Assembly: GCA_963664405.1 (NCBI GenBank)
Contig: OY761158.1
Coordinates: 736,001-800,000, forward strand
DNA from: Thermoanaerobaculia bacterium
Lineage (GTDB): Bacteria > Acidobacteriota > Thermoanaerobaculia > Multivoradales > Multivoraceae
DNA: 64,000 bases
Direction of reading: 5' to 3'
The notes under the pieces are model-generated. The model was not told where the DNA came from, did no database searches, and saw nothing but the letters and a program-made list of their open reading frames with translations. Positions 43,063-52,850 of the stretch are shown here, piece by piece; position 1 is the first letter of the stretch, and each line of letters opens with the position of its first letter. Position numbers and translations under genes: made by a program.

Positions 43063-43205
43063 TTTGTGGCGCAAACATCATGGGATGGCGCGCGGGTGGC
43101 GCCCCCGGACGATGTCGATGAATATTCTTGAGTGGTCCTCCCCCGAAGGCGTCAAGCTTAGGGAAACACAAACACCTGGGCTTGGACCCAGGAAGGAGGA
43201 CCAAG

Positions 43206-44240
43206 ATGGAACGATACCTTGGCATCGATCCCCACCGCGACAGCTGCACGCTGGCGTTGGTGAGCCCGCGAGGCAAGAAGGTCAAGCAGATGGTGGTGCC
43301 GACCGAAGGGTCGGAGCTGGTCAAGACGGTGCGGGAGCTTCGAGGGCCGCTGCACGTCTGTGTGGAAGAGGGCGAGTGGGGCGAGTGGATCTCAGAGATT
43401 CTGACACCGTGGGTGGCTCGCCTGGTGGTCTGTCGGCCCGAGAAGCGTCGAGGTCCGAAGAGCGATGCCTGCGATGCTCGGGAGCTGGCAGAGCGTCTGC
43501 GGACGAATCGGACGGGCCCGCCGGTGTACAAGCCCGGGCAGGAGTGGGCTCGTTTGCGCGAAGCGGTGCGCCTGGAGTCGAAGCTGACCCAGGATCTGAC
43601 TCGCACGAAGCTGCGCTTGAACAGCCTTTACCGTCGGCGGGGGGTGACGTGCCCCAACGGCGACCTCTACCTACCACGGCATCGCTCGAAGTGGGTAAAA
43701 CAGCTGCCTCCGAGCGGACGTCCGTGCGCGGAGATCTGGGGCGAGCAGATCGATTTGCTCGCAGAGCTCCACGAGAAAGCAGAGAAACAGATGCACGCTG
43801 CGGCTGCGCAGTTTCCGGTCTGGAGCACGCTGCAGACCGCACCGGGGATTGCCAAGAAGCGAGCCGCGATCCTGCTCGCAACGGTGGTCACACCGCACCG
43901 GTTTCGCACCAAGCGGCAGTTTTGGTCGTACTGTGGTCTGGGAATCGTGACTCGGAGCTCCTCGGACTGGGTCCAGCAGTCCGGGCACTGGGTGCGTGCA
44001 CCGGTGATCCAGACCCGCGGTTTGAATCGGGCATCCAACCGGCCGCTGAAAGCGGTCTTCAAGGGCGCGGCGCTCTCAGCGCGCACGATGTTGGCGCCCA
44101 ACCCCTTCCGCAACCACTACGACCGCATGCTAGAAGCCGGGACGAACCCGAACCTGGCGCAGCTGACGCTGGCGCGCAAGCTCGCGGCCATCGTTTTGGC
44201 GATGTGGAAGACCGAAAGCGAGTACAAACCCATGAGCTGA
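43206..44240 (+). CDS. IS110-family DEDD transposase/recombinase
   Basis: YLGIDPH, VEEG, KSDACDA; APGI, SYCGL..RSSS, LARKL; GGAGGA RBS. Confidence 0.93.
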   Translation: MERYLGIDPHRDSCTLALVSPRGKKVKQMVVPTEGSELVKTVRELRGPLHVCVEEGEWGEWISEILTPWVARLVVCRPEKRRGPKSDACDARELAERLRTNRTGPPVYKPGQEWARLREAVRLESKLTQDLTRTKLRLNSLYRRRGVTCPNGDLYLPRHRSKWVKQLPPSGRPCAEIWGEQIDLLAELHEKAEKQMHAAAAQFPVWSTLQTAPGIAKKRAAILLATVVTPHRFRTKRQFWSYCGLGIVTRSSSDWVQQSGHWVRAPVIQTRGLNRASNRPLKAVFKGAALSARTMLAPNPFRNHYDRMLEAGTNPNLAQLTLARKLAAIVLAMWKTESEYKPMS

Positions 44241-44605
44241 TCCACCCCTTCTCCGCTCCTTGCTCGAGCCGTCTGCAGGCTGACGTAGCTCAGGAGCCTG
44301 GATCGAGAGCGGGATCGGCAGCGAGATCGAAAGGTCGAGGGGAAGTCTCCACTGTCGTCATCGGCCCCATCGAAGACGGTGGAAGTCACCAGGCGCAAAC
44401 TAGGCCCCCTCACAGGACCGAAAGAAGAAATGGCCTAAGAGGCCCCGTTGGGAAGTTGGTCCACAAACCTAGTAGGACACCAAAACTCGCTTCTTATCTC
44501 CAACGCCGCACCGCTCACACAACCGATCTGAGGACCGAACTGCGCGTAGCGGACCGGCTCGGTAACGGAAAGTACCGCGCTCGATATCAAGTCGTCGAGG
44601 GCCTA
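44241..44605 (+). ncRNA. Putative bridge/seek RNA region of the IS1111-type element
   Basis: Target guides CTGTCGT (44352-58) and GGCGCAAAC (44392-400) lie in an internal loop between two stems; RNA boundaries unknown. Confidence 0.75.
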
Positions 44606-44613
44606 GGAAAGAT

Positions 44614-45897
44614 GGCTCTTCAGGATTTCGTGTGGGCAACAGGCCTCGGGTAGAGATCGAGTCCTCCAAGATGGAAGTAGATGGCGTTACGGAATCGCTC
44701 CCGATTACGGAATCCTCGCGCGGCTCTTTTGATGTTCTGGATCTTGGTGTTGAGGCCCTCGGACATGGCGTTGGTGACGCCGGTCTTCATGGCGTTGACG
44801 ATGCCCCACAGGTAATGGCGTAGGGTTTTGGCCACCTTCTTGATGGGAGCGAGGCGGGAACGGATCGCCCAGGAGTACCAGGAGGCCCAGGCCTGTTCGG
44901 CGTCGTCCGCGGCGCTGGTCTCCCACACGGTCATCGCCAGCTCCTTGATCGCCCAGGCCCGTGCCGTTTTCAGTGCGCTATTGCGAAGCTCCTCGAAGCG
45001 AAGCTCCTGCTCCGAGGTCATGTGGTCGGGATTGCGCAACCAGAGGTAGCGAGTCCCACTGAGCCGATCGTCGCCATCCGAGCGAAGGTCTCGATGTTCC
45101 TGGCGACGGACACGATCGACGGCGTCACCCAGAAGCTTGGCGACGTGAAACTTGTCAAAGACGATGCGCTCAAGCGGCTTGTCGAGATGCTCGCTGGCCG
45201 CCGAGATGTAGGGGCCCCACATGTCCATCGCCAGCGTCTCCACCTGGCTAAGCCACGACGCTGGAGCACCTTGCAAAAACTTCCCTAGAGCTTCCCGACC
45301 CCGACCGTCCGCGACGTGAACCACCGTCCCGTGACTGCTGTCCACGACCACCGTGACGTACTCGTGCCGGCGTTGAAACGACGTCTCGTCTACACCCAGA
45401 TGGCGGGTCGGGCGCAGCGTTCTGCGGGCCAATCCTCGGCCCACGGCACGCTGCTGAACCCCGTCGATCTGATCCCAGCTCAAACGCAGAAGCCGGGCAA
45501 CAGCCGAGAGATTCGACTCTCCAAGCCAGTCGATCGCCAGCCGCTCGAACTGTGCCGTGAAGCCCGAGCCGACCTCGGCCCACGGCACACGAACCTGACG
45601 GACGCCGTGATCTCCGCACTTCACACGAGGAACCTCCGCGACCAGAACCGTCATGTACTGCATCGTGTCGAGGTGACGCCACTTGCGCTCACGCGTGTCG
45701 TAGCGCGGACTCGCCGCTCCGCATTCCGGACACGCTAGCTTCCGTGACCCGTTCTCCAAGTGCACTTCCACCGTCTCTGGACCTAGCTCGACATCTGTCA
45801 CATGCCACGGCTCCTCGATCCCAAGAAGCTGGGCGTAAAGCTCTCGATCTCGCATACTCGCAGCATACGATCAACCCACACGAAATCCTGAAGAGCC
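44614..45897 (-). mobile_element. ISL3-family insertion sequence
   Basis: Perfect 23-bp IR GGCTCTTCAGGATTTCGTGTGGG; 8-bp TSD GGAAAGAT at 44606-13 and 45898-905. Confidence 0.96.
44620..45855 (-). CDS. ISL3 transposase
   Basis: CPECG zinc finger, WRHLD, GVDETS, MDMW, FDKFHV, TNAMSEGLN. Confidence 0.95.
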   Translation of the reverse strand: MRDRELYAQLLGIEEPWHVTDVELGPETVEVHLENGSRKLACPECGAASPRYDTRERKWRHLDTMQYMTVLVAEVPRVKCGDHGVRQVRVPWAEVGSGFTAQFERLAIDWLGESNLSAVARLLRLSWDQIDGVQQRAVGRGLARRTLRPTRHLGVDETSFQRRHEYVTVVVDSSHGTVVHVADGRGREALGKFLQGAPASWLSQVETLAMDMWGPYISAASEHLDKPLERIVFDKFHVAKLLGDAVDRVRRQEHRDLRSDGDDRLSGTRYLWLRNPDHMTSEQELRFEELRNSALKTARAWAIKELAMTVWETSAADDAEQAWASWYSWAIRSRLAPIKKVAKTLRHYLWGIVNAMKTGVTNAMSEGLNTKIQNIKRAARGFRNRERFRNAIYFHLGGLDLYPRPVAHTKS

Positions 45898-45968
45898 GGA
45901 AAGATTTGTCTTGACATCTCATCCCTTGGGAAACGACAGCCATAGCTCGATCCGCATAAAGAGACGCA

Positions 45969-46898
45969 ATGAAGACATTGAAGCGTATTACCCTGCTCGG
46001 AATACTCATGACAGCACTCGTGGCCTGCCCGGCTGCGCCCCCGGGGAGCTCGACTGATGAGGAGGCTGCCGTAAGGAGGGGCACACAGAGATTTCTGAAG
46101 GCCCACAGCCTCAAAGACTGGCCTGCTGTCGCTGCGACGTATACGGAGGACGCCGTTCTCCATCCACCCAACGCAGGCCCGGTGAAGGGCCGGGACGAGA
46201 TTCAAGAGTGGTTCGAAGCGAACGAGCAGTACACGAGCCTGGATCTGGAGATAGCCGAGATCGATGTCCGTGCGGACCTGGCCTACGTCTGGGGACTCTC
46301 CACGATAACGATCGAGGAACCAGGAAGAGAGCCGGTGGTCCTTTCGGGAAAGTACTTGGACATTCGACGGAAGCAGCCCGATGGCGACTGGCTGATCTCC
46401 GTCGATATGTTCAGCCCGAGTGAAGAATTAGGTGTAACAAATGTCGTCGGGTCAGTCGAGCCCTACGTCCAGAGCTGGGAGGAAGGAGAGATGCTCGTCG
46501 ACTCGAAGGGTCGAAAGACGTTCATCAAGGTCAGCCCTGAAACCGGAGCCCAGAGCCTGGCGTTTTTTGTTCAGCAGATGCCCTCGGGTTCCGGAATCAA
46601 GGTCCACCGACACAGCCGTGCAGAGGAAGTGCTGTTCGTACACGAGGGCTCCGGGACCTTTGTCGTGGGCGACGGGCGCGTACCCGTCGAGAAGGGGGCC
46701 ACGGTCTTTGTCCCGCCCGGCGTGTGGCATGGCTTCGAGAACCCAGACGAGCAGGTCGACCTGGCCTTCGTGGTGACACCAACCGGGCTGGAAGGTCTCT
46801 TTCGAGAGCTGTTCTGGCGCGAAGGCGAGGAGCCGAAGGTGTTCACTCCCTCGGAGATCGAGGAGATCGAACGCAAGCACGGCCAGCCCAGTCGCTGA
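45969..46898 (+). CDS. Lipoprotein: NTF2/DUF4440 domain fused to cupin
   Basis: LVAC lipobox; GKYL..RKQPDGDWLI; HRH..EEVLFV..G, PPGVWHGF. Confidence 0.8.
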   Translation: MKTLKRITLLGILMTALVACPAAPPGSSTDEEAAVRRGTQRFLKAHSLKDWPAVAATYTEDAVLHPPNAGPVKGRDEIQEWFEANEQYTSLDLEIAEIDVRADLAYVWGLSTITIEEPGREPVVLSGKYLDIRRKQPDGDWLISVDMFSPSEELGVTNVVGSVEPYVQSWEEGEMLVDSKGRKTFIKVSPETGAQSLAFFVQQMPSGSGIKVHRHSRAEEVLFVHEGSGTFVVGDGRVPVEKGATVFVPPGVWHGFENPDEQVDLAFVVTPTGLEGLFRELFWREGEEPKVFTPSEIEEIERKHGQPSR

Positions 46899-46904
46899 CG
46901 CTGC

Positions 46905-46953
46905 CGTCGCGATTCATGGCGCAGCGCGACACGCATAGCTCGACCCGAATAAG
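46905..46953 (+). repeat. Box A + linker
   Basis: cGTCGcgattcatGGCGcagcgCGACAcgcATAGC..gaATAAG, 7 nt after a stop codon. Confidence 0.85.
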
Positions 46954-47033
46954 TACCCAGAAAAGGCTCTCTAGAGCCGGCTCTCAGCGAGGAGCTGGCG
47001 ATGCCCTCCCGCCAGTCTTTGATGGACTGTGCC

Positions 47034-47125
47034 ATGAGATACCAACACAAACGTGAGCCACTGTCGATTGAGGAAGCCGATCGAATCATCAACGCCTGCG
47101 AGACAATGGAGGAGAAGATCGCGTT
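47034..47125 (+). pseudogene. Possible 5' stub of a small tyrosine recombinase
   Basis: MRYQHKREPLSIEEADRIINACETMEEK resembles the segment before the ..TGLR.. box of compact phage-integrase-family proteins (from recall, not searched); catalytic motifs absent. Confidence 0.5.
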
Positions 47126-47453
47126 GGGGCAATCCCTTCACCGAGCATCACCTTCATCCAGAGTCGGCTTGCCGATAGGTTCGCTTGAACCTCTCGCCTA
47201 CCTGCACCTCGACGTTCCAGCCTTCGACGAGGACACCGAGCTCCGGAGATGGTGCATCCAGTGGAAGGCCGAGAACCGGGTATTCGGTGAACAGAGTGTC
47301 GAGGAACGGCACCACGAAGGCGTCATACCGCTCCGAATCCGAGGCATGGTTCTCCCAGAGCGAAATCAGCAATGTCCTCGCATCGTCCGACTCAGCAACC
47401 CTAGATACGCGCCACGCGCCCCAAGAGCGCTCAAAGAGGCACTCGCTCGACCT

Positions 47454-47993
47454 TCATCTTGGCTTTAGTCTCGCGCGGATGTACTCACATGCGTTGTCAG
47501 TGCACCGCGACAGGACGAACCTGCCGTCCGTGATCACGGCTCTCACCGTGTGGGCGGTGATGACCTCGCCGTCTATCAACAGGGCGACGTTCTTGCCGAG
47601 ATTCTCGCGAGACATGCGTTCGGCAGTGGCTGCTGCCCTAGGGGTGAGCGTGAAGGACAGCTCCGTAGTCCCCAGCCGCCCTTGCCACGATCGTACGGGT
47701 TCTGCCAACTCTAGAGGGACATCGGCGTGCTCGTGGAGGATGAAGTACCTTGCTGGGCGCGCCTCATCCTCGCGCAGGAACTTGTGGTCGTGCTTTGTGA
47801 CCTGCTCTCCGGGGCCTAGAGGTCGGAGATCCTCCTTTGAGCTAGCCTCTGCGAGGATGAGAAACATCCCGGTGTCGGAACCGGTGTCTTCTTGTGCGAA
47901 TGTCGTAGCAGCCCCGATGCCCACCCATGCGCCAACAACAGCGATCAAGGCAACGAGCAGCAGCCGCTGCGAGACTTTGTGGATGTCAGTCAC
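47454..47993 (-). CDS. Exported protein with SecD/SecF P1-head-like domain
   Basis: Signal peptide; SRENLGKNVALLIDGEVITAHTVRAVITDG. Confidence 0.65.
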   Translation of the reverse strand: MTDIHKVSQRLLLVALIAVVGAWVGIGAATTFAQEDTGSDTGMFLILAEASSKEDLRPLGPGEQVTKHDHKFLREDEARPARYFILHEHADVPLELAEPVRSWQGRLGTTELSFTLTPRAAATAERMSRENLGKNVALLIDGEVITAHTVRAVITDGRFVLSRCTDNACEYIRARLKPR

Positions 47994-48228
47994 TTCGATC
48001 CTCTATCAATACTACTACCGGGGCCGTGGCATGCGCCTTGTAGAGGAGGGGCGGGGCGGCAGTACTCCGCCGAAGGGGTGGCCCCACCTTCTCCCGAGTA
48101 GCCCGGTGGCACACATTGTCGTGGAAGGTGAAAGCAGGAAGCCACTGTTGAATCGCTTACGCTGCCGCCTCGGGTAGGATCCCAACGCACCGGATTCGCT
48201 AGAACCCACTAAGTAGGGCACCCGCGGG

Positions 48229-48510
48229 GGCAGTGTCAAGTTGAGGCGGTCGCAGTCAGACTGGACCGATGAAGAACGACAAACCCAGCTACTGCGGATA
48301 CCGGTTCCCTCCCGAGATCATCAGCCATGCCGTGTGGCTCTACTACCGATTCTGTATGGGCTTCCGAGATGTCGAGGATCTCATGTCGGAGCGCGGGATC
48401 ACCGTCTCCTACGAGACGATCCGCCAGTGGTGCTGGAAGTTCGGCACCGAGTACGCCAGAAAGCTGAAGCGGAGAGAAGGGCGATTAGGTGACACTTGGT
48501 TCCTAGATCG
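48229..48510 (+). pseudogene. IS6-family remnant (left IR + truncated transposase)
   Basis: GGCAGTGTCAAGTT end; YRFPPEIISHAVWLYYRF..RDVEDL..ERGITVSYETIRQW..WFLD, then breaks off. Confidence 0.85.
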
Positions 48511-48804
48511 ACGATTCGAGCGGGCTTCCGGATTGGGATGGGGAGTCTCTCGAGCTCGAGTGGGCGGTCGACGCTCTGCGGCTGATCAATTGAGGGATCT
48601 CGTATCCCAGAAGTTTTTGGGGTCCTGCCCCTAGACCAGCGTTTCCAAGGTTCGCGCACATATCTCGGCCCCTTCTGCCCGCTGGCGGCGTTGGCTAGGC
48701 GCCCCCGCGCTCCTCGACATATTGCCCAATATGCCTGCGTCGCCGCGCCTGGCCAGCGAACAGAATGACCTCGAGCTATGTGCACGAACTTTGGAAACGC
48801 TGGT

Positions 48805-50769
48805 CTAATGATAGTAAGCCATGCACCCAGGCTCTACCTTCTGCAACAATCCCGGCGAGTATTCGTCCCGGTTCCAGAACTCTTTCTTCGCTTGGCAGTT
48901 GATCAGAGTCGAGACCCCCTCACGAGCGGCAATTTCGTAGGCCCGTTTCAGCGTCGGTAGCAGCTCATTTGCATCGGTCACGTATTCGCCCCGCGCACCC
49001 AAGCCCTCGGCGATCTTGTCGTAGCGCAGGTTCTCCTGGAAGAGATACATATGCAGCGACCGAGCGGTCCGAGTACCCGCCTGCCATACACCCCACGCAT
49101 TGTTGTTGTAGACCACCAAGACCACCGGTAGCTTGTACTTGGCCAGAGTCTCCATCTCCATCACTGAATAGGCGATACCCGCGTCTCCGGTAACTGCCAC
49201 CACCGGCGCACCTCGGTGCGCAGCTTGGGCGCCAACGCCGTTTTGGACGGCCGCGGCGGCTCCGACCGCGTACCCCACGTCGGGGCCGATGGCGCCGTAT
49301 TGGTAGGCGCCGTTGAGGATTTGACCAGGGCGATAGGAGCGAACGTAGCGCCGAACATAACGAGCGATTCCATAGCCACCCGCGACGAAGGTGGTCTGCT
49401 CCGGCGGTAGGTCTCCACTGCTCATCAGATCAGAGAGAGCCTTGCCGATCATCGCTGGATGTACTAATCCCGACTCGGCACTGTACTTCGCACCCAAGGC
49501 CGCGTACTCGTCGTTCTCTTTCTGGAACTTCGCCCGAGCCGAGGCCAGCTCGGCACGCCACGCCTCACGCCGGGCCGGAGCGACCGCCTCCGTCAACGCC
49601 TCGAGGGCGGCACGCTCGCCGCTGACCATTCCCAGATCGATCGGAAGGTTGCGACCGATATCGGCGGCGTCGGGATCGATGCGGATGTAGCGCGCATCGG
49701 GATCGAAGGCGTACTCGCCAATGCCGGGCATGCAGTACTGCCCCACCAAAATCACCAGGTCGACCGAGAGCAGCGCGTCCGGCGCCGTGCTCGCGGACAG
49801 CGGGTGTGCATCGGAGAAGTGGCCACGACTCGGCCCCGACTCGACAACCGCGATATCCGCCTTCTCCGCCACCGCCTTCAAAGCATCCCAAGCTTTGTCG
49901 TAAAAGCACCCCGTGCTGGCCACGATCATCGGGCGCTCCGACTTGCGGATCATCTCCGCCGCCTTGGCGATGTCGGCCGGAGCGGGATGGGGTCTCGCCT
50001 CGGTCCGGTACCTCGACTTGTCATGGAAGAACTCGAGCTCCTCGGGGTCTTCGAAGCGGGCGCGGGCCACTTCCCCCGGGAAGTCCAAGTGAACCGGCCG
50101 AGGTACGCCCGTCTTCAGCTGACGAAACGCATAGGCGGCGTACTCGTGGACCCGACTCGGAGTGATCAGCCTCTTTCCCCACTTCTTCAGCCCCTCTGTC
50201 GTCGGCTGCTGGTAACCACGCTGAATGTTGCGCTCGGTGTCGTCACCTCCCAACGACATATTGCTGGCGAGAACCAAGAGAGGGGTGCGTGCCGAGTTCG
50301 CCGCACCGATGTTCATGATCATGTTGGTGAAACCCGGTCCCTCGGTACCGGAACACGCAGCAACCTCCCCGCTCACCCGGATGAATCCGTCGGCGGCAGC
50401 ACACATCATTCCCTCGGTACGTCCGCCATAGGTGGGGATACCTTCAGCGGCAATAGCGTTGATCACCTGATAGTTGCCAGGGCAGCAGAACAACCCTGCC
50501 AGGCCTTCGGCGTTACAGGCCTTGGCAAAGACCTGAGCACCCGTCATCGGGAACTCGGCGGGCTGCGCCGCCTCGCGCTGGGTCTTGGGGATCTCGTCGG
50601 GAATGCGAACATCGGTATCAACGACATCGGCAGCCGCGCCGAGCGCAGCCTTGGCGGCGCCAAGAGCGGCGACGGCGGCGCCTCCGGTAGCAGACTTCTT
50701 CAGGAAGCCTCGCCGCGAAACACCCTCCGACGACTCGCCCTCATGATTCTTTTCGTCGCTCATGCTCAC
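48805..50769 (-). CDS. ThDP-dependent enzyme (acetolactate synthase/oxalyl-CoA decarboxylase superfamily) with Tat signal
   Basis: SRRGFLK + hydrophobic stretch; GPGFTN; GDAG..N24..NN ThDP motif. Confidence 0.88.
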   Translation of the reverse strand: MSMSDEKNHEGESSEGVSRRGFLKKSATGGAAVAALGAAKAALGAAADVVDTDVRIPDEIPKTQREAAQPAEFPMTGAQVFAKACNAEGLAGLFCCPGNYQVINAIAAEGIPTYGGRTEGMMCAAADGFIRVSGEVAACSGTEGPGFTNMIMNIGAANSARTPLLVLASNMSLGGDDTERNIQRGYQQPTTEGLKKWGKRLITPSRVHEYAAYAFRQLKTGVPRPVHLDFPGEVARARFEDPEELEFFHDKSRYRTEARPHPAPADIAKAAEMIRKSERPMIVASTGCFYDKAWDALKAVAEKADIAVVESGPSRGHFSDAHPLSASTAPDALLSVDLVILVGQYCMPGIGEYAFDPDARYIRIDPDAADIGRNLPIDLGMVSGERAALEALTEAVAPARREAWRAELASARAKFQKENDEYAALGAKYSAESGLVHPAMIGKALSDLMSSGDLPPEQTTFVAGGYGIARYVRRYVRSYRPGQILNGAYQYGAIGPDVGYAVGAAAAVQNGVGAQAAHRGAPVVAVTGDAGIAYSVMEMETLAKYKLPVVLVVYNNNAWGVWQAGTRTARSLHMYLFQENLRYDKIAEGLGARGEYVTDANELLPTLKRAYEIAAREGVSTLINCQAKKEFWNRDEYSPGLLQKVEPGCMAYYH

Positions 50770-50784
50770 TCCTTTTTCCTGCCG

Positions 50785-51237
50785 CTATGAGTCCCCGGCC
50801 TCCGCCGTCGGCCTCTCAGCCTTGGGGTCGATACTCCGTATGAAGCTCACCACCTGCCAAACTTGCTCATCGCTCAATTTGTCGCCGAAGCCCGGCATGT
50901 CGATCCCCGCCCCGGACGCGATGGTGTAGAAGACATCCCCTGCACTGGATCCGTGAACGTAGCGCTCGGGAGCCGTCAGATCCGTCGCCTCGAAGTCGAA
51001 GTTGTCCAACGCACGACCATCCTTGCCGTGACAGTTCTGGCACAGGCGCAGGTAATGCTTGCGGCCCTCCCGCACCAACTCCTTGGTGTAAGGCAGCGGG
51101 TTCTCCAGTCTGCCGGCATCCACCCGGCTGAGCTCCCGCACCTCCTCACCGCCCAAGGCAGCAACAGCGACAAACAAAACCACCCAAGCCTGGACAGCGA
51201 TACCGGCCGCTGCCCCCCGTCGTAGACTTCGATTCAT
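50785..51237 (-). CDS. Monoheme c-type cytochrome
   Basis: Signal peptide; CQNCH; MPGF. Confidence 0.88.
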   Translation of the reverse strand: MNRSLRRGAAAGIAVQAWVVLFVAVAALGGEEVRELSRVDAGRLENPLPYTKELVREGRKHYLRLCQNCHGKDGRALDNFDFEATDLTAPERYVHGSSAGDVFYTIASGAGIDMPGFGDKLSDEQVWQVVSFIRSIDPKAERPTAEAGDS

Positions 51238-51318
51238 AGTCAGAACTCTTCCATTCTAGACCACCCGGCGTCCCCGCATCTCCAGAGCAGAAGGCTACGG
51301 CTACAATCGCTTCAACCG

Positions 51319-51636
51319 ATGGCCCTTTCGCAAGACGTCGCCGACTCACCCTTCCTCGCGGCGAGCGCAGGCGGTCCCCTCCTTCGCGTGCACGTCGTCC
51401 CCGGAGCTGCCCACACCGAGATCGTCGGCCTTCATGGCGACCGCCTCAAGATCAAAGTGCGCTCACGCCCCCACGACGGCGCCGCCAACCGCGAACTATT
51501 GCGCTTCGTCTGTGAAGAACTGGCGATCAAGAGCAGCCAGATCGAGCTCGTCAGCGGAGCTTCTTCACGTCGCAAGTCCCTCCTCCTTCCAGCCTCGGCG
51601 GCGGTCCTCTCTAGAGCGAAGGCGCTCGCAGGATAG
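51319..51636 (+). CDS. DUF167/YggU family protein
   Basis: VVPGA, DGAANREL, GASSRRK. Confidence 0.85.
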   Translation: MALSQDVADSPFLAASAGGPLLRVHVVPGAAHTEIVGLHGDRLKIKVRSRPHDGAANRELLRFVCEELAIKSSQIELVSGASSRRKSLLLPASAAVLSRAKALAG

Positions 51637-51641
51637 AGAAT

Positions 51642-52850
51642 GTGAGCGCTCCACCTTCCCTGCGCGTGCTCTACGCCAGCACCAAATGCCCCTGGCCACC
51701 GATCGACGGCGGACGTCTGGTACTACTCGAGACTTTGAAGGCACTGCTGGGAGCCGGGATACGCGCGTCCCTGGTCTGCCCACCGCCGCTCGAAGAAGGC
51801 GCCGGACCCGGGGAGCTGGAAGGACTCCACACGGTTTGGGCCCCCGGACGCAAGCTCCCGTGGCTGCTCACGCTGCTCCGCCCCTATTACCCCGCCACGG
51901 TTGCTCGGCATGCGAGCGCGACAGCGCGGGCGGGGGTTCTCGAGTGTCTTCGCTCTCACCGACCCGACGTGGGCCACGCTGAACAGCTTCACACGATCCC
52001 CAATCTTCGACCCGCCATCGACGCCGGGATCCCCACTCTTCTGCGAGCGCAGAACGTCGAGAGTGACTTGTGGAAGGGGGCCGCCGCCGCGAGCGGTCTT
52101 GGGGCCCCCTGGCTGCGCTACCAGGCACGACAGATCGCTCGCTTCGAAGCCGCAAGCACGAGGCGCCTGCTGACGGTCGCGATCGCCGACACCGACGCAG
52201 AGCGCCTGCGAAGCCTCGCCGGCGAGGAGGGCCGTGTAACTTCGATCCCTGCGCCCTTTCCAGCCGAGCTCCCGGCGCGCACATCCAACCTCGATGGAGA
52301 TCCGAGCGTCGTTATCGTGGGTGGAGGATGGGTCCCCAACTCAGAAGGCGCCCGCTGGTTTCTCAGCAGTGTCTGGCCCGAAGTGCACGCGCGACTGCCC
52401 GGAGCACGCCTTCACCTCTTCGCGGACGAGCCGGTCGATCTTCCGCCAGGCTGCGTGCTCCGAGCGCAGCCTCCAAACAGCGAAGAGCTCTTTCCCATCG
52501 GCTCCATTCTGGCCGTGCCCCTGCGCATCGCCTCCGGCGTACGGATGAAGATACTCGAAGCGTGGGCCCGCGGCGTGCCGGTCGTCGCCACACCCGAAGC
52601 GGCCCGGGGGCTCGAGGCTCGCAACGGCGAGGAGTTGCTCGTAGCCTCGTCACCCGAGGGTTTCGCCGAGGCGATCGGAGCTCTCAGCAGCCGACCCGAG
52701 CTGCGCGCCAAGCTCGCGGCTGCAGGACGTGCCCTCTTGCGGCGGCGCCACGATCCCGCTCGGGTCGCCAAGCAATGGCTCGAGATCTACCAGGAGCTCG
52801 CTGCCACCGGCCGGCCTCAGACCGCGAGCAAAACACCGGCCGACGGCTGA
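51642..52850 (+). CDS. GT4 glycosyltransferase
   Basis: PWPPIDGG, NVE, SGVRMKILEAWARGVPVVAT. Confidence 0.88.
   Translation: MSAPPSLRVLYASTKCPWPPIDGGRLVLLETLKALLGAGIRASLVCPPPLEEGAGPGELEGLHTVWAPGRKLPWLLTLLRPYYPATVARHASATARAGVLECLRSHRPDVGHAEQLHTIPNLRPAIDAGIPTLLRAQNVESDLWKGAAAASGLGAPWLRYQARQIARFEAASTRRLLTVAIADTDAERLRSLAGEEGRVTSIPAPFPAELPARTSNLDGDPSVVIVGGGWVPNSEGARWFLSSVWPEVHARLPGARLHLFADEPVDLPPGCVLRAQPPNSEELFPIGSILAVPLRIASGVRMKILEAWARGVPVVATPEAARGLEARNGEELLVASSPEGFAEAIGALSSRPELRAKLAAAGRALLRRRHDPARVAKQWLEIYQELAATGRPQTASKTPADG

Larger units (their letters stand above)
43077..45932 (+). mobile_element. IS1111-type (IS110 family) element inserted in a repeat box; contains a nested ISL3
   Basis: AC core at 43075-76 and 45933-34; subterminal IRs CATGGGATG (43079) / CATCCCTTG (45920); TTGACA at 45911; flanks rejoin to a repeat box. 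Confidence 0.88.
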
